Numbered from the stretch's first letter, positions 35,544-49,833 are shown. The stretch: DNA of 64,000 bases from Phoronis australis (GCA_002633005.1 NMRA01000187.1:15979-79978), one strand, 5' to 3'. Notes: generated from the letters alone by a model not told the origin. Translations and numbers: made by a program.

Positions 35544-38500
35544 TAGTCGGTGGGCCAGATCTCGTAGCGTTCATCCTTGTGAGTACTTTGGGGGGGCAAC
35601 CTAGTTTTTTCTATGTGGCTAGATAATATACCTAGAAATCAATTTCCAAAAAGTTCCCACGTCTACACTTGCACATTTTTTTAAAAAAAGGTGTTTTTGT
35701 TGCACAAAATATGATGCACATTCCTGCCACTTGATGGCGCTTTTCTATTGAATTGACCAATCAGAGAGCCAGATTGTATTGTTGTGCTTAGTTACTTCAA
35801 TATGGCTGCTCCCATGGAGTGTGATGCCTGTATAATTCAAGGTTTATCAAACAGCACAAAATTGTGATGTCAGAGCCTAAAGAAGCTTAGGAAAGCTTCC
35901 TGACGAAAGCTGATTGACTGTGGAACTCTGTAGATCAGTAGATCAAAAAGAAGAAGAGGTGTCACAAACGTTTGTGCAGAAAACATCTGCATGTCCTGGT
36001 AGCCTACACAGTATACTGCTGAGTGCTGTAGACTAGAAGACCAAGTGTCAGACCAAAAAATTGAAAGGACATAGAACGGCATAGCAACGTTTCAAGGCAC
36101 CAACAGTAGTACTAAAGCTGAAGTTGCTGAAAGTGATACAGATGTTATCCAAGATTTCCCAAGAAAATCAATTACTTCCAAAATCTGAAACACCCAATTA
36201 ACCTGAACAAGATAGGAACATTCTGAAACATGAGTGCATCATTTGTTAGCAGGAAAAGTACATTATGGGCCACATTTCAAGAAAGAGAAAGAAGTATAGC
36301 TTTCAAAAACAGGTACGTGTTTTTTAAAAATACATCTTGGTGTTTTCCATGTGTGTTTCAGTATTATCACCAGTTGTTTTTTAACTTGTTCAGCCCCTTG
36401 GCTGCCTAGGCCTTAGACAATACTGCTGACCCAGTAGAGACGATGATCATACCATAGGTACTTCATATGCCGGATACTTTTCGGCAAATTATGTTCCTAT
36501 AAGTTTAGAAGTACCGCGTAGAGAGATGCCTCTGAGGAGGTCGTTAATGTTTTCATTTGTTCCCAGTTTAAACAAATACTCCTGCAATCCTGTTTTTCGA
36601 ACACTCCATTCAGTTGCCACATCGACACTGCTTGCGCTAAGGGATAATCCTATGGCGTTATACTGTGGGTGGGATTTTAAAGCACTTTAAGTCAAAAATT
36701 TTTGAGAAGGTTAAATGGAGTAGATGGTTGCAAACAACATGCCCAAGTGGCCGTCATCCCCTGCTGTAGTCTCAATTTTTTGTAAACATTAATTACTTAG
36801 GTAGCTGCAATGATAATTAAATTAAAGTGCCTAAGTGGCCATCGTCGCCGTCGAAATTTGAGGACGATGGAAGCCACTGTCCATTTCGTCAAACGTCGAT
36901 TACCTTAAGTGTAAATCGATTGACTATGGTTTGAGCATCTGATTTAGAAAAATTAAATTTCAATCATTGCACTGGTATATCAGCTGATTTATTTTCAGTT
37001 GCATCAACTGATCTAATTATTAGACGATCAACATTATTAGGCTACAGATCAGACGGCATGTAAATTTGTTAGGCTGGTGGTGGATCAGTTCCTGATAAGT
37101 CCGTCTGAAAAAGTTGCATGCCAACTCACTCATAGTTGAATGTTAAATTAGTGTTAACAGTTCGGGTTTTTTTCAGTTGGACTTGTATCGCAAGCAACAG
37201 CTCAGTCCAGAGCCCTGAATATGCAAATGAAATTCAAAGATAAAGACCTTGTGTCTTAGAAGCCAAGTACCACAGATCATCATGCTATAAAAAATAGAAA
37301 GACAACGATTGTGAAGAGTGACGAATTCACAGTTTTCAGAGATGTTTTTCTACAGTTTTGTTTGGAGTTCATTGAATCGAAGCTTCTAACACAAGGAGAT
37401 GTCATTTGCCTTTCAAAACTAAAGCAAGACTTTGAAGCTGTTCTTCAGAAAGCTGGTGTGCATGAAGTTATTTGGACAGGCAATCTTAAGAAATATTGTT
37501 GAAGCTACTCACTGTTGTAGTTTGTGCCTGACTAAGAGATACGAAAGTGAATTGAGGCTAGTGTTCAATAATTCACTTGCTGACTCTAATTAACACAGCC
37601 CATTATAACATATTTTGAATCAAACGTTTGCCCAAATAGTGCCCGCCTCCAAACAAGGACTTAGTGTTTGACCCTTCATTGCCTGCGGGCTAATCACCAG
37701 TGTGCAGTGCTGTACCCTCTCTAATCGACCATAGTTGGCTCCTTGGCGGTGGAGCTTTGCAGTTAATATGTATGGCAATGACCGCATCTCCATTGACAGT
37801 ACTAAACGATGAACGCTGCAAGTGCAAAAAGAATATGTGTGCTGGGAAACTGAGTTTGTGCTGCAATGCTGGGTCAAACTGTACAGAAATGTGCAGCTGT
37901 GACAACTGTAGTAACATCAGCAACACTGACTTCATAACATTGGATAGTTCTTTGACAAGTCAATCCTAAATAGACCTCCAACCCCGTTATTTCCTTTTTT
38001 GTATTAAAAAGTTAATTTTATTTGTTGATTAAGTCATAGAAAGTACATACTTTGATCATTGTCATGTATTTGTCTCATACTGCTTGATAAACGCTGTCAG
38101 AATAATCTATTATTTTCATACAGTCTTTGTGCACATTCACAGAGATCATTCACCTATATTGTTTTTGTACTATAACGTATTTCTGGTGTATTATGCAAAC
38201 AAGCTGTATTTTACACCATTAGTCAATGTTTTAGTCATTGAGGCACAAATTTTGCCCAGTCTCAAGTGTTTTGTGTTATTTTTGTTGCCTGACAATGCCA
38301 GAATAACTTCCTAGTAACATTCAGACTTAGTTTGCATTTTCGCCACTAGGTGTCTCTTTACATTTTTTAAATTTCACTGTTAATTAACAATTTACATAGT
38401 AAAACATGTAATGTGAGTGTAATATTGTTCAATACAATGGCACTGATGGGACCATATTACTTGTTTTACAAAAAAGACACTAAAACTGTTGTTTTTACAA

Positions 38501-38705
38501 ATATAAGTTTACTAAGCTCTTTGGTGATTATTAGGCAACTTCAAACTCAAATTTCTCAAAAATGTGCAACTTTATATGTGGGAACTTTTTAGATTTTGAA
38601 AACACTCTAATAAATGAATTAAAAAACACCAAAATTAAATTGCCCCCCTAAAGTACTCACAAAAACCATTTTCTAGAGGCCCTACAAAATCTGGCCCACC
38701 GACTA
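35544..38705 (+). mobile_element. Academ DNA transposon, internally deleted
   Basis: TIRs TAGTCGGTGGGCCAGAT...ATCTGGCCCACCGACTA with a 3-bp TSD tat/tat. Remnants EAKYHRSSCY (~37260) and a Cys-rich finger RCKCKKNMC...CTEMCSCDNCSN (37815-37920). Confidence 0.8.
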
Positions 38706-38725
38706 TATCAGACATGTTTCCAAAG

Positions 38726-39717
38726 TAGTCGGTGGGCCAGATCTCATAGCGTTCATCCTTGTGAGTACTTTGGGGGGGCAACCTAGTTTTTTCTATGTGG
38801 CTAGATAATATACCTATAAATCAAATTCCAAAAAGTTCCCACGTCTACACTTGCACATTTTTTAAAAAAAGGTGTTTTTGTTGCACAAAATATGATGCAG
38901 ATTCCTGCCACTTGATGGCGCTTTTCTATTGAATTGACCAATCAGTGAGCTAGATTGTATTGTTGTGATTAGTTACTTCAATATGGCTGCTCCCATGGAG
39001 TGTTCTGCCTGTATAATTCAAGGTTTATCAAACAGCACAAAATTGTGATGTCAGAACCTAAAGAAGCGTAGGAAAGCTTCCTGAAGAAAGCTGATTGACT
39101 GTGGAACTCTGTAGATCAGTAGATTAAAAAGAAGAAGAGGTGCCACGAACGTTTGTGCAGAAAACAGCTGCATGTCCCTGTGGCTTACACAGTATGACTG
39201 CTGAGTGCTGTAGACTAGAAGACCAAGTGACAGACCAAAAAATTGGAAGGACATAGAACGGCATAGCAACGTTTCAAGGCACCAACAGTAGTACTAAATC
39301 TGAAGTTTCTGACAATGATACAGATGTTATCCAATATTTCCCAAGAAAATCAATTATACTTCCAAAATCTGAAACACCCAATTAACCTGAACAAGATAGG
39401 AACATTCTGAAACATGAGTGCATCATTTGTTAGCAGGAAAAGTACATTATGGGCCACATTTCAAGAAAGAGAAAGAAGTATAGCTTTCAAAAACAGGTAC
39501 GTTTTTTTTTGAAAAATACATCTTGGTGTTTTCCATGTGTGTTTCAGTATTATCGCCAGTCGTTTTTTAACTTGTTCAGCCCCTTGGCTGCCTAGGCCTT
39601 AGACAATACTGCTGACCCAGCAGAGATGATGATCATACCATAGGTACTCCATATGCCGGATTAATTATGATAAATTATGTTCCTATAAGTTTAGAAGTAC
39701 CGCGTAGAGAGATGCCT
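38726..39717 (+). mobile_element. Second Academ copy, left ~1 kb only
   Basis: Near-identical to 35544-~36531, starting tagtcggtgggccagat. Confidence 0.88.
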
Positions 39718-40299
39718 AGGTGTGGTAAAACTGAAATCTCAAGTCCAAACGGCCACAGTCAAAGTGATCTGTCTCAAGTCCAAGCGGCCACAGTCAGAGT
39801 GATCTGTGGAAAATCACCAATTTACATTCAATTCAGACCTCTTTTAATTCAGTTTTTATACAAGTAAAACCGTACAGGCATAGATTCTGTGTCCGGGGAT
39901 TGATCCAAGTCGGCATTTTAAACAGTTGTTCAGTAACACTTAATAATTGATTCAGAAACGCGATACGCCTACTGCTTAAACCATAAATCGCAAGCCACCA
40001 TGTTTACAGAAGCGTCGTCTAACTATACCGCAAGAGTACTCACACTGGTCACTATCTGAAATTTGACTCCATCCACTCATCCACAAAATATTAAAAAAGA
40101 TATTTGGAATAAGTCTTATGCCTGTACCAAAACACTCGTCTGATAACCTCTGAGTACCATTCAACTACAAAGAAATTAGTCAATTGTCAAATGGGATGGT
40201 AAGTTTTTGCGACTCAAATACTGTTATTGTGGGTGAGCTATTGTTTTGGTTATTTGTATGTTTTAACAACTAAGATAAGAACCAGAAAGGCTTCTAGTC

Positions 40300-41180
40300 G
40301 TTCTACTCAGTGTTGCGACATTCACTGATATAAAAAGCCTTTGACTGCACTAATCGCCATCTCATGTTTTATAAGTTGATAAAATGGTACGTCAGGAGGA
40401 ATATATTCTGTTAGTAAATGATTTATCAAAAACGTGCTTAGTTGTATTCGTTTAAATGAATCTATGTACACAGACTGGTTCATGCCATTGAAGGTGACAC
40501 ATTATCTCCCCTCCTTATTTGCATTACTTATCACTGATCCGGTATAGGGGAGATAATTGATCTGAGCAAGGGTGTAAGATATGGTGAAATTTCTAATTCT
40601 GTTTTACTATGTACGTCACAGTGTTTATTACTGAAAATAAAAAATGGTTAAAACATCTCCTGTGAATCATTTCAAAATGGTTTGAATAATTGGTGTTATA
40701 CGTGGCGCATAGTGCCAAAAATGTCAAAAACAAAAAAGAAACAAGAAAAATGTGCAGTTCCCATCGAAATCAACTGGAATCGGCAATTTTAAATTTGATT
40801 TAGGATCAGAATATGCTGAAAACCAATGATCCTATAAGTACATGTAATTTGGCATAATTTGGACGGACAGTTGGATTTTAATAGCTCCGCCGATTTTCTC
40901 GCTGATGCAACTTTAAGAGCATTAGAAAAATTGCTTAACACATGTAAAATGAGTGCTAACTTAGGATTTAACACTTTCACAACATTGTTTGATCTTGTGG
41001 AGCTCCCATTCAAGACCACTAATGGACTGTTGGTGTTTCTGTGAATTTTTGTATGATGGAACCGTCCAAATTAGAACAATGGGTTTCTTTTTAGTTGTTA
41101 ATAGAGTTTGTCTGAATCACTCTGTTACCAAAGATATGGATTGGAAACTTAACGATGATCAAGGGCTTGCTAATTAGTGT
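40300..41180 (+). mobile_element. Highly degenerate LINE RT fragment
   Basis: GDTLSPLLF-like at ~40493 and ATLRALEKLL...LGFNTFTTLFD at ~40905. Confidence 0.6.
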
Positions 41181-42537
41181 ATTGTTTTGACCCAGAATGC
41201 ACCGCAATGACCCTAAACAGGTCAAGGACTGCATTCCGTCAAAATGCTTCTTCTTCTACAGGTTTTTAGATAGACTTGTTGAAATTTGTAAACAAGTAGG
41301 AACTAGAGAATTGCATCAGAAATTTACATGGTTTTCCAATTAGACCAAGGGCACTTAGTTTCCGGATCAACGGTCATTAAGTGCAAAGGTGATTTTTAAG
41401 CTACAGATTTCATAATCACGGATATGATTTTCATTCAAAAATAAAGTTCAGTCTCAAAATTTTGGGTCACGAAGTGCAGTTTTCTATTAAATTTCAGACT
41501 TTTTCCATCAGCTCGTACTTACGCGATGTATTACGGAGAGCGTTCATATTTATTCCTCAAACTGCAAATGAAATATTTCATATGATTCATTAAAAAAACT
41601 AAACTGTGCAATACGAACAACTTGCTAACTTCTAGTCGAATCAACAGCTGAACGTTTTTGAGTGTGGGGACAACACTAGACTTCAGTCATCTTCTTGATC
41701 TAAAAAAATGTTTGTCATTTCATCAAATGCATGAAATGTAATGTGTTCACCAAGGTTTAAATATTAAGCTTGTGGTAAGGACAGGAAGTGCTCAGTTGCC
41801 ATAGAGAATGAGAGGCCATTGCCTCCGCGTTCTTAAATACTTTTATGCAAATGTTTGTTGATCTTTTTAATAATTGTGACAAGAAAAGGAATTAAACAAT
41901 TAACGATGTCATAATTATTCTCAATTGCAAAATTGGCATATTTGGATAAAATAATAATAGCTTCTGACTTTGGAGCTGGCATTTCACAAAGTTTTCGGGT
42001 CTACAGTCTATACAGTCCACAGTCATTGTGGCACAGGGTCACTAGCAAGATACTATTGCGTCATTTGTTGACAACTGCCTAACTGCCGAAGTAAATGAAA
42101 CACAATAAAGAAAACAATAACATACAATAATAGCGTTGTTGAGAATTCGACCAGCCAATCAGAAACGCCGGTGTACAAAAATTTCCCGAGGAAAATTATG
42201 TGATACCCCATTACCTGCGTGCTGCCTACTGGCCACCTAGCGGCACGCAGGGAACCCGCGAATATTGTCTACAGCGTACCAGCCAGATTTCAGATATGTG
42301 ACCTGTGCCAGTTAAAATGAAAGCACGGCAGAAAGTTTTTATGGAATCATCAAATTTCATGAACAGAGCCACCACACAATATTTGCTCAAACTGACCAGG
42401 CGTGAGGTTGTCGGGTCTCAGAAAAACCAAATCATTGATGAACAGGCGTGCAATTTTGGCGTAATCTAGCAAAGCATAGGGCGGTCCTTCTGGGGTTATG
42501 GCTAATGCAGCCGATTCTATTTAATACTTTGCCACAA

Positions 42538-42677
42538 TGTGAGATCGGGTGGAATTAGGGAAGGGAGCCGGTAGACTACGGTTGTGAGATCGGGTGGAAT
42601 TAGGGAAGGGAGCCGGTAGACTACGGTTGTGAGATCGGATGGAATTAGGGAAGGGAGCCGGTAGACTACGGTTGTGA
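42538..42677. repeat. 45-bp minisatellite, 3 copies
   Basis: Unit tgtgagatcgggtggaattagggaagggagccggtagactacggt. Confidence 0.95.
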
Positions 42678-45600
42678 AATAATTCCTTTCGTGCACAGGT
42701 GTCAACTAATGATATTCGAAATGTGACCAAAATTATTCCATTCCGGCTCCCACGAAGCACGGTAAGGGAGAGGCTGATGGCATCACTCGCCCTAGGATGG
42801 CGGCAGTGTGTTCGTTATTTATAAAATTTGCAAATTCACTTACAATTAGCTGGCGAGCCCTTTATGGTACCGGTAACGCCGCTTGTGTGTGTGATCGAAA
42901 CGAAACACCGATTCTTTGAAATGTGCCGAACAAACTGTGGCTTCACACTGAATCGCATGTTCCGGCACACTGACACTCCACACTCTTGTGCGGCGTACAA
43001 ACCGATGCTATTTCTGTGCAACTTTCGCGTATTTAGGAAATTTGAACACAGAGACGTTCTCAGTCAAGTTTTTGTTATCACAACCTCCACAAGCGCACCT
43101 TTTCGTGTCTGAAAAAGGCGGCGCTCGGGGGCCTTTGCTCTCAACTCTTCAGTATCGCACTGGTAAAAACAACGGCAGAGACGGTCTTCCACCCATTGCG
43201 TACCAAACCCGATAACAGAAAAATATTCGTACTTTTTATTTTGGGTTGTTTCTTAGCAACCGGTATAGTAAAAGCTACTAAGAAAATTCCTTTTGAGACA
43301 CAGGGTCATGATGGGACTGAACTCTTATAGCTGGCATTGTGTGATGGGCCCATCTTGTAACAATTTAAGTTCATGAACGATGCTTGTAGGACCTTTCGTT
43401 TGATAACACTGAATTAAGAGTTAGGTAACGAGTTTACTTTTCTAGCAAAACTGGCGTAATACTTGTGATGCTCGTCCCCCGTTGTCACTGCGTGATAGTT
43501 AAAGTTTACTGACAACTATAATTCTTCCATAAATCTTGCATAACCACATTGATAAGCTCAACTAGAGATAGTGTTAAGAGCAAAAGAATCCCGCAGCGAC
43601 GTGGGATAGCCGAGCTCTGACCCCAGTTTCAAGGCCGCAGTTGAACCACGCAGAATCGATTGCTCCTTACTGGCAATTCATGCAAAGTTGATCGATCATT
43701 TGCTCAGAAGTGCACAATAACCCCCCTACTTGCTCCGTACGCTGCAAACATTCGGCTGAATGCACATGTACTTAATGTACAATTCCGGCACACGTTTTTA
43801 CACTGATTTGTGTGCGAATGGGAAATGCTAAAGGCCTATAACATTGACCCTTTGACTGGGATTGACACTTCATCTGAGCCCGCATTTATGAATACGCGTT
43901 CTAAATTATGCAAAAGAGCACGGAACTAAAACTAAATAAGTCTACGGCAAGCTTCAACACATGCCATACGAAGCGGTGTGACCTATATATGTTAATTTTT
44001 TTTTGTATTGCTGAATGTATCAGATGTGATGCGTGGTCACACCACGTGACGGTCACATGGTGAGACCACGCATCACAACGTATCATACCATGTATAAATT
44101 GGAGTGGTTCGTAACTCGCATGTTGGATTCAGAATCGGCAAGAACAGTTTCGGTTTGTGGATCGTGGTGGTGTTACACTGGTCAGGTAAGAAGGTTTACT
44201 ATGATCAGATGCGGATTCAGAGCCGGGGGGGGGCACGGGACCATGGCTGCCTAATCATTTTACGAGATTCCATTTGGCAGTAAAGGGGTGCGAATGTCTG
44301 AGGGGCTAATAGCCAGGCTTGGCCCCCTAACTCAAAATCCTGGATCCGCCCTTTATGGTGAAACTCCATATACACTCTAAATTAGACAAAAACTTACGAT
44401 CTCGTGACCCTCACACGAGGACGTACATGTAACGCGACATGATCGTGATAGAATCTCAGGGATCAGTACAGGGGACTATAACCTTAACTCATTTCCCACT
44501 CGGCTGTGGGGACAATAAACATAATAATTACGCCTGGTCTGTCAATGGAACCACTTTTTAGTGAATGGTGAGATGCCTTGAACGTCAACACAACATTCAT
44601 ATAATAATGAAACATTTTTCGGCGGACGAATTTACGATTCATGAATAACACAGCGCGTCATTAAGTTTATAAAGTACTGCACTTTTTCGACAATTACATG
44701 TAATTAGAAGGTTCATTCGGGAAAAATACAATAGAGTCGCGTTATAACGTACCTGTCGTTTATAACGTTCGATAGCTCTAATGTACTCTTTCTACGATTC
44801 ATTTTTAATGAACATGGATAAAGAACGTGTTTTTGGATGGTATTATCACCAAATTTGTATGTCGCGGTCGAACCGCTATTCAGCATTGATCGTAATGTGG
44901 TGGTCTTAAACAGTTCACGGGTGGAAAATACACTGACTATAGTAGTACGGTACCATGACAAGTGTACGTTTTGAGATGGCAACACATGAGAACCTTGGTA
45001 GAGTATCGTAGGCGCAATACCTTCACCAAGGAAACTAATGTGATCACATGACTAAATCTCGCGAGGAATAAGTCTTGGTCTTATGAGTTCTCAGTGGCTT
45101 CTTCTCGCGTCAAACTAGGTGTACCCGAAACACATGCTTTAGTAGCGGCCTATTGTTTCTTCGTTACATGACGTGGATCATGGAAGCGTCAGATTGGTAT
45201 GTCGGGGGTGTTCAAACTTGACCCGTGGTCACGGGCACTGATGGGCGTAGGCCGCACCGGGGGTTAATTGTGAGGTGGGCGGGGCAGTCGAGCACTAAGG
45301 CCCTTAGTGCTCGACTGACATATGGAAACATGTCGAGATAATTAATTGCGGAGAACAGTGGTTGCTCATCAGCTATGTAAGTCGGTGACCCTAGCCAAGG
45401 GTGTTCTTGTTGTAGTGCTGGGGGAACGGCTTAAGTTTTTGCAGTATAGTTCGTGTAGGTGGACTCATAATGGCGCTCGTCATTAACAAGTCTTCGTTAT
45501 GTGCATACTTTCCACAATGGTGTTTCTAGAGTGGCTATTGTCTGGCAACGATGAAAAATTGCAGTCTTCTACAGCATGCCTTTTTTCGATTTTGTTTTGA

Positions 45601-45862
45601 AATTGTATGTCTCTTCTATCGCAAAGTTGGCCCTCATAGCAGCGTCAATTGGTGTCCCTTTATTTTTTGAAATTACACACAGGGGCTTTATATTTAGAGG
45701 CCCCCGTCCCAGGGAGAGTCATACTGATGGCCTCAATGGCCCCAATTTTTCTATTCTACTGATACCCGTTCGACTAAAGGTACTGCTCCTAGAGTGAGGG
45801 AGTTCAATGCTGGAGTCAATTGCCCCTGTTGATCCTGTTTTGTGAAATCATACAAGTTATTC

Positions 45863-46140
45863 TATGGGCAGCGACAACACTGCCAAATAAACTAGTGGTT
45901 TGACAAGAAGACAAGAGATTCGTTAAATAAACAGATCAAGAATACTATGGTTTTCCAAACAGACAAGACATCTTTGCAGATTCTGTCGGATAAACAATGG
46001 TCTACTGTTAAACAAACAAATAAGTCGGCAAATGATTAAGTAGGTTACCAAACAGACAAGTAACCTGGGAGGCTCAACTTTCAAATAATTAAGGGAATTG
46101 TCGAACAGACAAGTCACCTGTTAAACAAACAAGACAAGCA
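45863..46140 (+). mobile_element. Isolated left end of the tatgggcagcga (IS3EU-like) family
   Basis: Homologous to 22637-22930, including the aaacagacaag repeats. Confidence 0.75.
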
Positions 46141-46559
46141 CGTCATTATTGACGCAAAGGGAGGAAATGAAGGTAACACAAAATAATTTCGAGGTGTTTC
46201 ATTTCCGACGGTATATTGATAAGCATGATTGAAAAAGTGACATATACGGTGTTTAAAACACAAAGTATTTGTGTATATGCAAAACTAACTATGCAATAGC
46301 CGTACACCGAATACAGGACCACAACAATTCCAAATTTCGTCAAAGAAGAGGATAACCCAGTAAAGTATGTAATCATAAAGTAACAAACCTGATCACTCAT
46401 GATTGCGCGTCATAATATTAACGGTTTGACTTCAAATTTTGTAATGACAATTATTGGCTTTGAAGGCCTGTTTACGTACGTGGTCGTAAACAATTCTATT
46501 TTTGCTTTTAATCTGCAGCTTGATTTCAACAAACAAACGCATCACGATTCCATAAACTT

Positions 46560-46997
46560 ATTTTAAGAATGGTCGCTAACAACGTATGGATTTATTTGGT
46601 AAGCCGGCATTCGTCAGGCACTGTCGACGTCTGCAGGCCGCAGACACGGAGATGTTTCACGGCCTCATACTTGCTATTTACAGCGTGCATTTCATTCTTC
46701 ACTACCATGAGCCACTTCCTAAGCATTTCGGACTCTCGAGGAAGTAAAATAATACAGTGTACGATATACCCGCTTTTCTTGAAGCTGCTTAGTTCGGACA
46801 AGCGGGAACGATGCACGGAAACATAGCGGCATTCACTCTGCATATGAACCACCGACGTCGCCAGCGTCGTTTCTCACCTTCCTCACCGGTTAACGCGACA
46901 CCTCTTGGCAAGGTAAAATCGACCGTATGCGAGGCGATGTGGATATGGACCGATTAAAACGGCAAAAAAGACTAATTAAATCTGGTGGCATTCTCCT
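46560..46997 (-). mobile_element. Kolobok-like element left end with THAP remnant
   Basis: Ends ggtggcattctcct+ttaa; LPRESEMLRKW...HLRVCG; homologous to 53765-54160. Confidence 0.75.
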
Positions 46998-47129
46998 TTA
47001 AAAGTAGTTGCATTGCCAGACCAGGAATAATTATCGTCTTTATTTCCCCCGTAGTCGAGTGGGTAATGAACTATTGAAATCGCTGATAAAAGCGTGTCAA
47101 TTTGTAGTCCCTGTAACCTCTGAGGTTCT

Positions 47130-48478
47130 ATCACGATCACTTCACGTTATGGAGGCATTCACAGAGAATGTATACGTAAACAGAGCCTATTACCAGTCGG
47201 TCATGTGGTGAAACATCACCAGCAGCACTGTAGATTCAGAGAACTATGGATGGAAGAAAGGTGCCATAAGCTAAAAACTCTCACCATCTATAATTCCATA
47301 TGGTGTCCAACTCGGCCATGTGGCATACTGGTTATGATTAGGTGTGGCTGGAAAGGTCAAATTCCATGAAAGAGAGTTGCAGCGTCAATTTTCGCTCTGC
47401 ACAATATTTTGGGCATGCTATACTGTAGTGTGATCATGTTCTGAATGTTTAGTTAGCATTTGAAACATCTTGCGATTTTTCTCTATTCCATTGATTATTG
47501 TTCTGGGTTTGTGCAATTAAACAATTTGGTCGTCTACTAGATATACTCGGGGTATCAGACAAAACTAGAATTTGTAATGTTGCGTAATAAATTAGAGATT
47601 ATTTAAAATTATGGTGTAATGACATATTACATTAAATTCATCAGTAAAAATGCCAAAATAATAAATTAGAGATTATTTATATTTATGGTGTAATGACATA
47701 TTACATTAAATTCATCAGTAAAAATGCCAAAATAATAAATTAGAGATTATTTATATTTATGGTGTAATGACATATTACATTAAATTCATCAGTAAAAATG
47801 CCAAAATAATATACAAGTAGTGTCCCCATAAGAAAGTTACGAGCAGAAACAGAATTTTTAATAATGGCCGCCTTTATTTGAATAAATTATGCAAATTTAT
47901 CACGCAACTTGCAAACTGATTTCATTAACCTAATTCTCCATAGGAACATAGGTTCAAATATGAGAAATTTACTGTGGTGCTTGGTAGCGCAGCTATAAGC
48001 ACAAGTAGAATTTTGAATAATGGCGTCCTTAATTTGCATTAATTATGTAAATTTATCATGCAACAACTTGCAAACTAATTTCATTAACCTAATTGACCAT
48101 CAGTGTATAGGTGCAAATATGATAATTCATCTGTGCCGCGTGACTGGTACCGTTGCTTTAAGCCCAAGAGGACTTTTGATGGCGGCCTTAATTTGCATAA
48201 ATTATGCAAAGTGGCAATGTATCCACCTAAAATCGTTCACTATTACAATCCCTGACCTTGTAAACATGGGTGAAAAAGTTAAAATTATCAGCCTGCAGTG
48301 CCTGGTAAGGAAATTATATGCAAAGTTTTGCATAATGGCGACCTTAATTTGAATTTTAAAAAATGCTCAAGGGTTGCACGCGGTCACCCCCTAAGTCATG
48401 GTTACTCAACTCTAAGCTACATGAAAGAGGAAAACTTTATTCGACAAATTCAGGTTCAGCCCCGTGGCTCCCGGACTA
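47130..48478 (+). mobile_element. Right part of a second Academ-family element
   Basis: EAFTENV..RAYYQSVMW*...ENYGW (Academ XPG-like C-terminus), a decayed Cys cluster, ~155-bp subterminal repeats, and a terminus ...ggctcccggacta. Confidence 0.6.
47586..47811. repeat. ~75-bp tandem repeat, 3 copies
   Basis: Unit aataaattagagattattta...cagtaaaaatgccaaaat. Confidence 0.92.
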
Positions 48479-49584
48479 CATCACCGCTTTTGTCATTTGC
48501 GGTCATTATATCAGTGCACGAGCTGAAGTCGGCCAAAGGTATATCGTCTAATAATTGACTTACTTCAGCTGACTGTCAGCAAACCTCGCGTTTACTTGAT
48601 GTATCTGTCAACTACATATCTCATGTCTACCTGCTGCTTGTACGGATAATGGCGTCTTGATAATGTTTGTAGTGTACTCGAATGTACTTTGTTATTAATA
48701 CACGTTTAAAAGTATTAAGTTGATGTTCTATTTAAGGTGGTCACAATATCTTATTAGTATTATTAGTTAAGTACCGTCGGTTCCTGGGTTAGGTATACGC
48801 GACATCTGTGGTTGAGTTAGGTGGTTAACTCTTGTCATGTTTCACGGCTAATACGCGACATCTGTTGTTGTGATATGAGAGAGAACAAGGTATAACGACC
48901 GCACGTGGCGCACATAAAACAAGGTAATCCATGTTTTGTTCTTATTCAGTACGCCGCATAATCCTCTCTCCATCAGTTGAACTCTACAAACTCAACGCAT
49001 TCAATGTCTTTTTAGTGTCAAAACATCCGGGTGGTCGACGCGGTGCCACGACCTACCTTACCACGTCAGCAGTCACGTGATTTCCAATTCGATCGGTGTA
49101 ACGACGTCTTCCGGATACACCCATTGATCTTGGATCGCTGTTCCTCTCTATAAGGTCCAATTAAACCTATTGCGTAATGAGGTGTGACGCCATTGTCGCT
49201 TCCGTCCAGTAGGCTGATGATGGCCATTTCGGTTGCATCCACCGCACGTGACCGTTGACCTTTACCCGAGGCGGCGCACAAACAGGGCGCCTAAACAACG
49301 TACTATAGTTCTCTTAGATCTAGAGTCCTTCACACAAAACACGTACTGAAATATGTTCTCCTTACAGAACCAACTCAGTGATTTCTCAGAAATGTCTACG
49401 TGACGAGGAAAAACGCTTTCTATTTCTTCACTGCGGTGTCCAGTTTACAAGCCTGTTAAAACAAGGGTGGTTTGTGAGTGACGTAATAGCTAAGTTTAAA
49501 ACCACTAGCTTCTGTTAAACCACGACGCTGACTCCACATGTTCACAGTCAAAAGTTGAGAAGAAAGCACACGGGAACTGAAAAG

Positions 49585-49833
49585 ATGCAGGTTGTTACGA
49601 CCGCACTTTGTGAGCTGTGGTTGATCGCGAGCCAAAGTTTTATGAATGTTGTGGACTATGTTACACATCACTCAATCACACAAATGATGGCGATTGCGTT
49701 AACTATGGTGATTGTCATGGCGCTCTATCACTTACTGTTTGTTCCTATTGACCGGCGAATGAAGCTCCAAGATGCCGTGTATGTGCCCGGAGTTGGACAA
49801 TCTCTCCTGTCAAAAAAAGAGTTGGCAAATATG
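49585..49833 (+). CDS. nvd: Cholesterol 7-desaturase (neverland/DAF-36) exon 1, transmembrane anchor; start codon uncertain
   Basis: Hydrophobic MMAIALTMVIVMALYHLLFVPIDR...LSKKELANM/gtatgt; phase 0 fits the next exon. Confidence 0.75.

Noticed and set aside
38706-38725. Spacer gacatgtttcca also found inverted beside the 45285 palindrome
   Set aside because: Only ~12 bp match and similarity does not extend; insufficient evidence of target specificity.
43440-43500. SDNGG integrase-like motif on the minus strand
   Set aside because: An isolated motif without supporting flanking homology.
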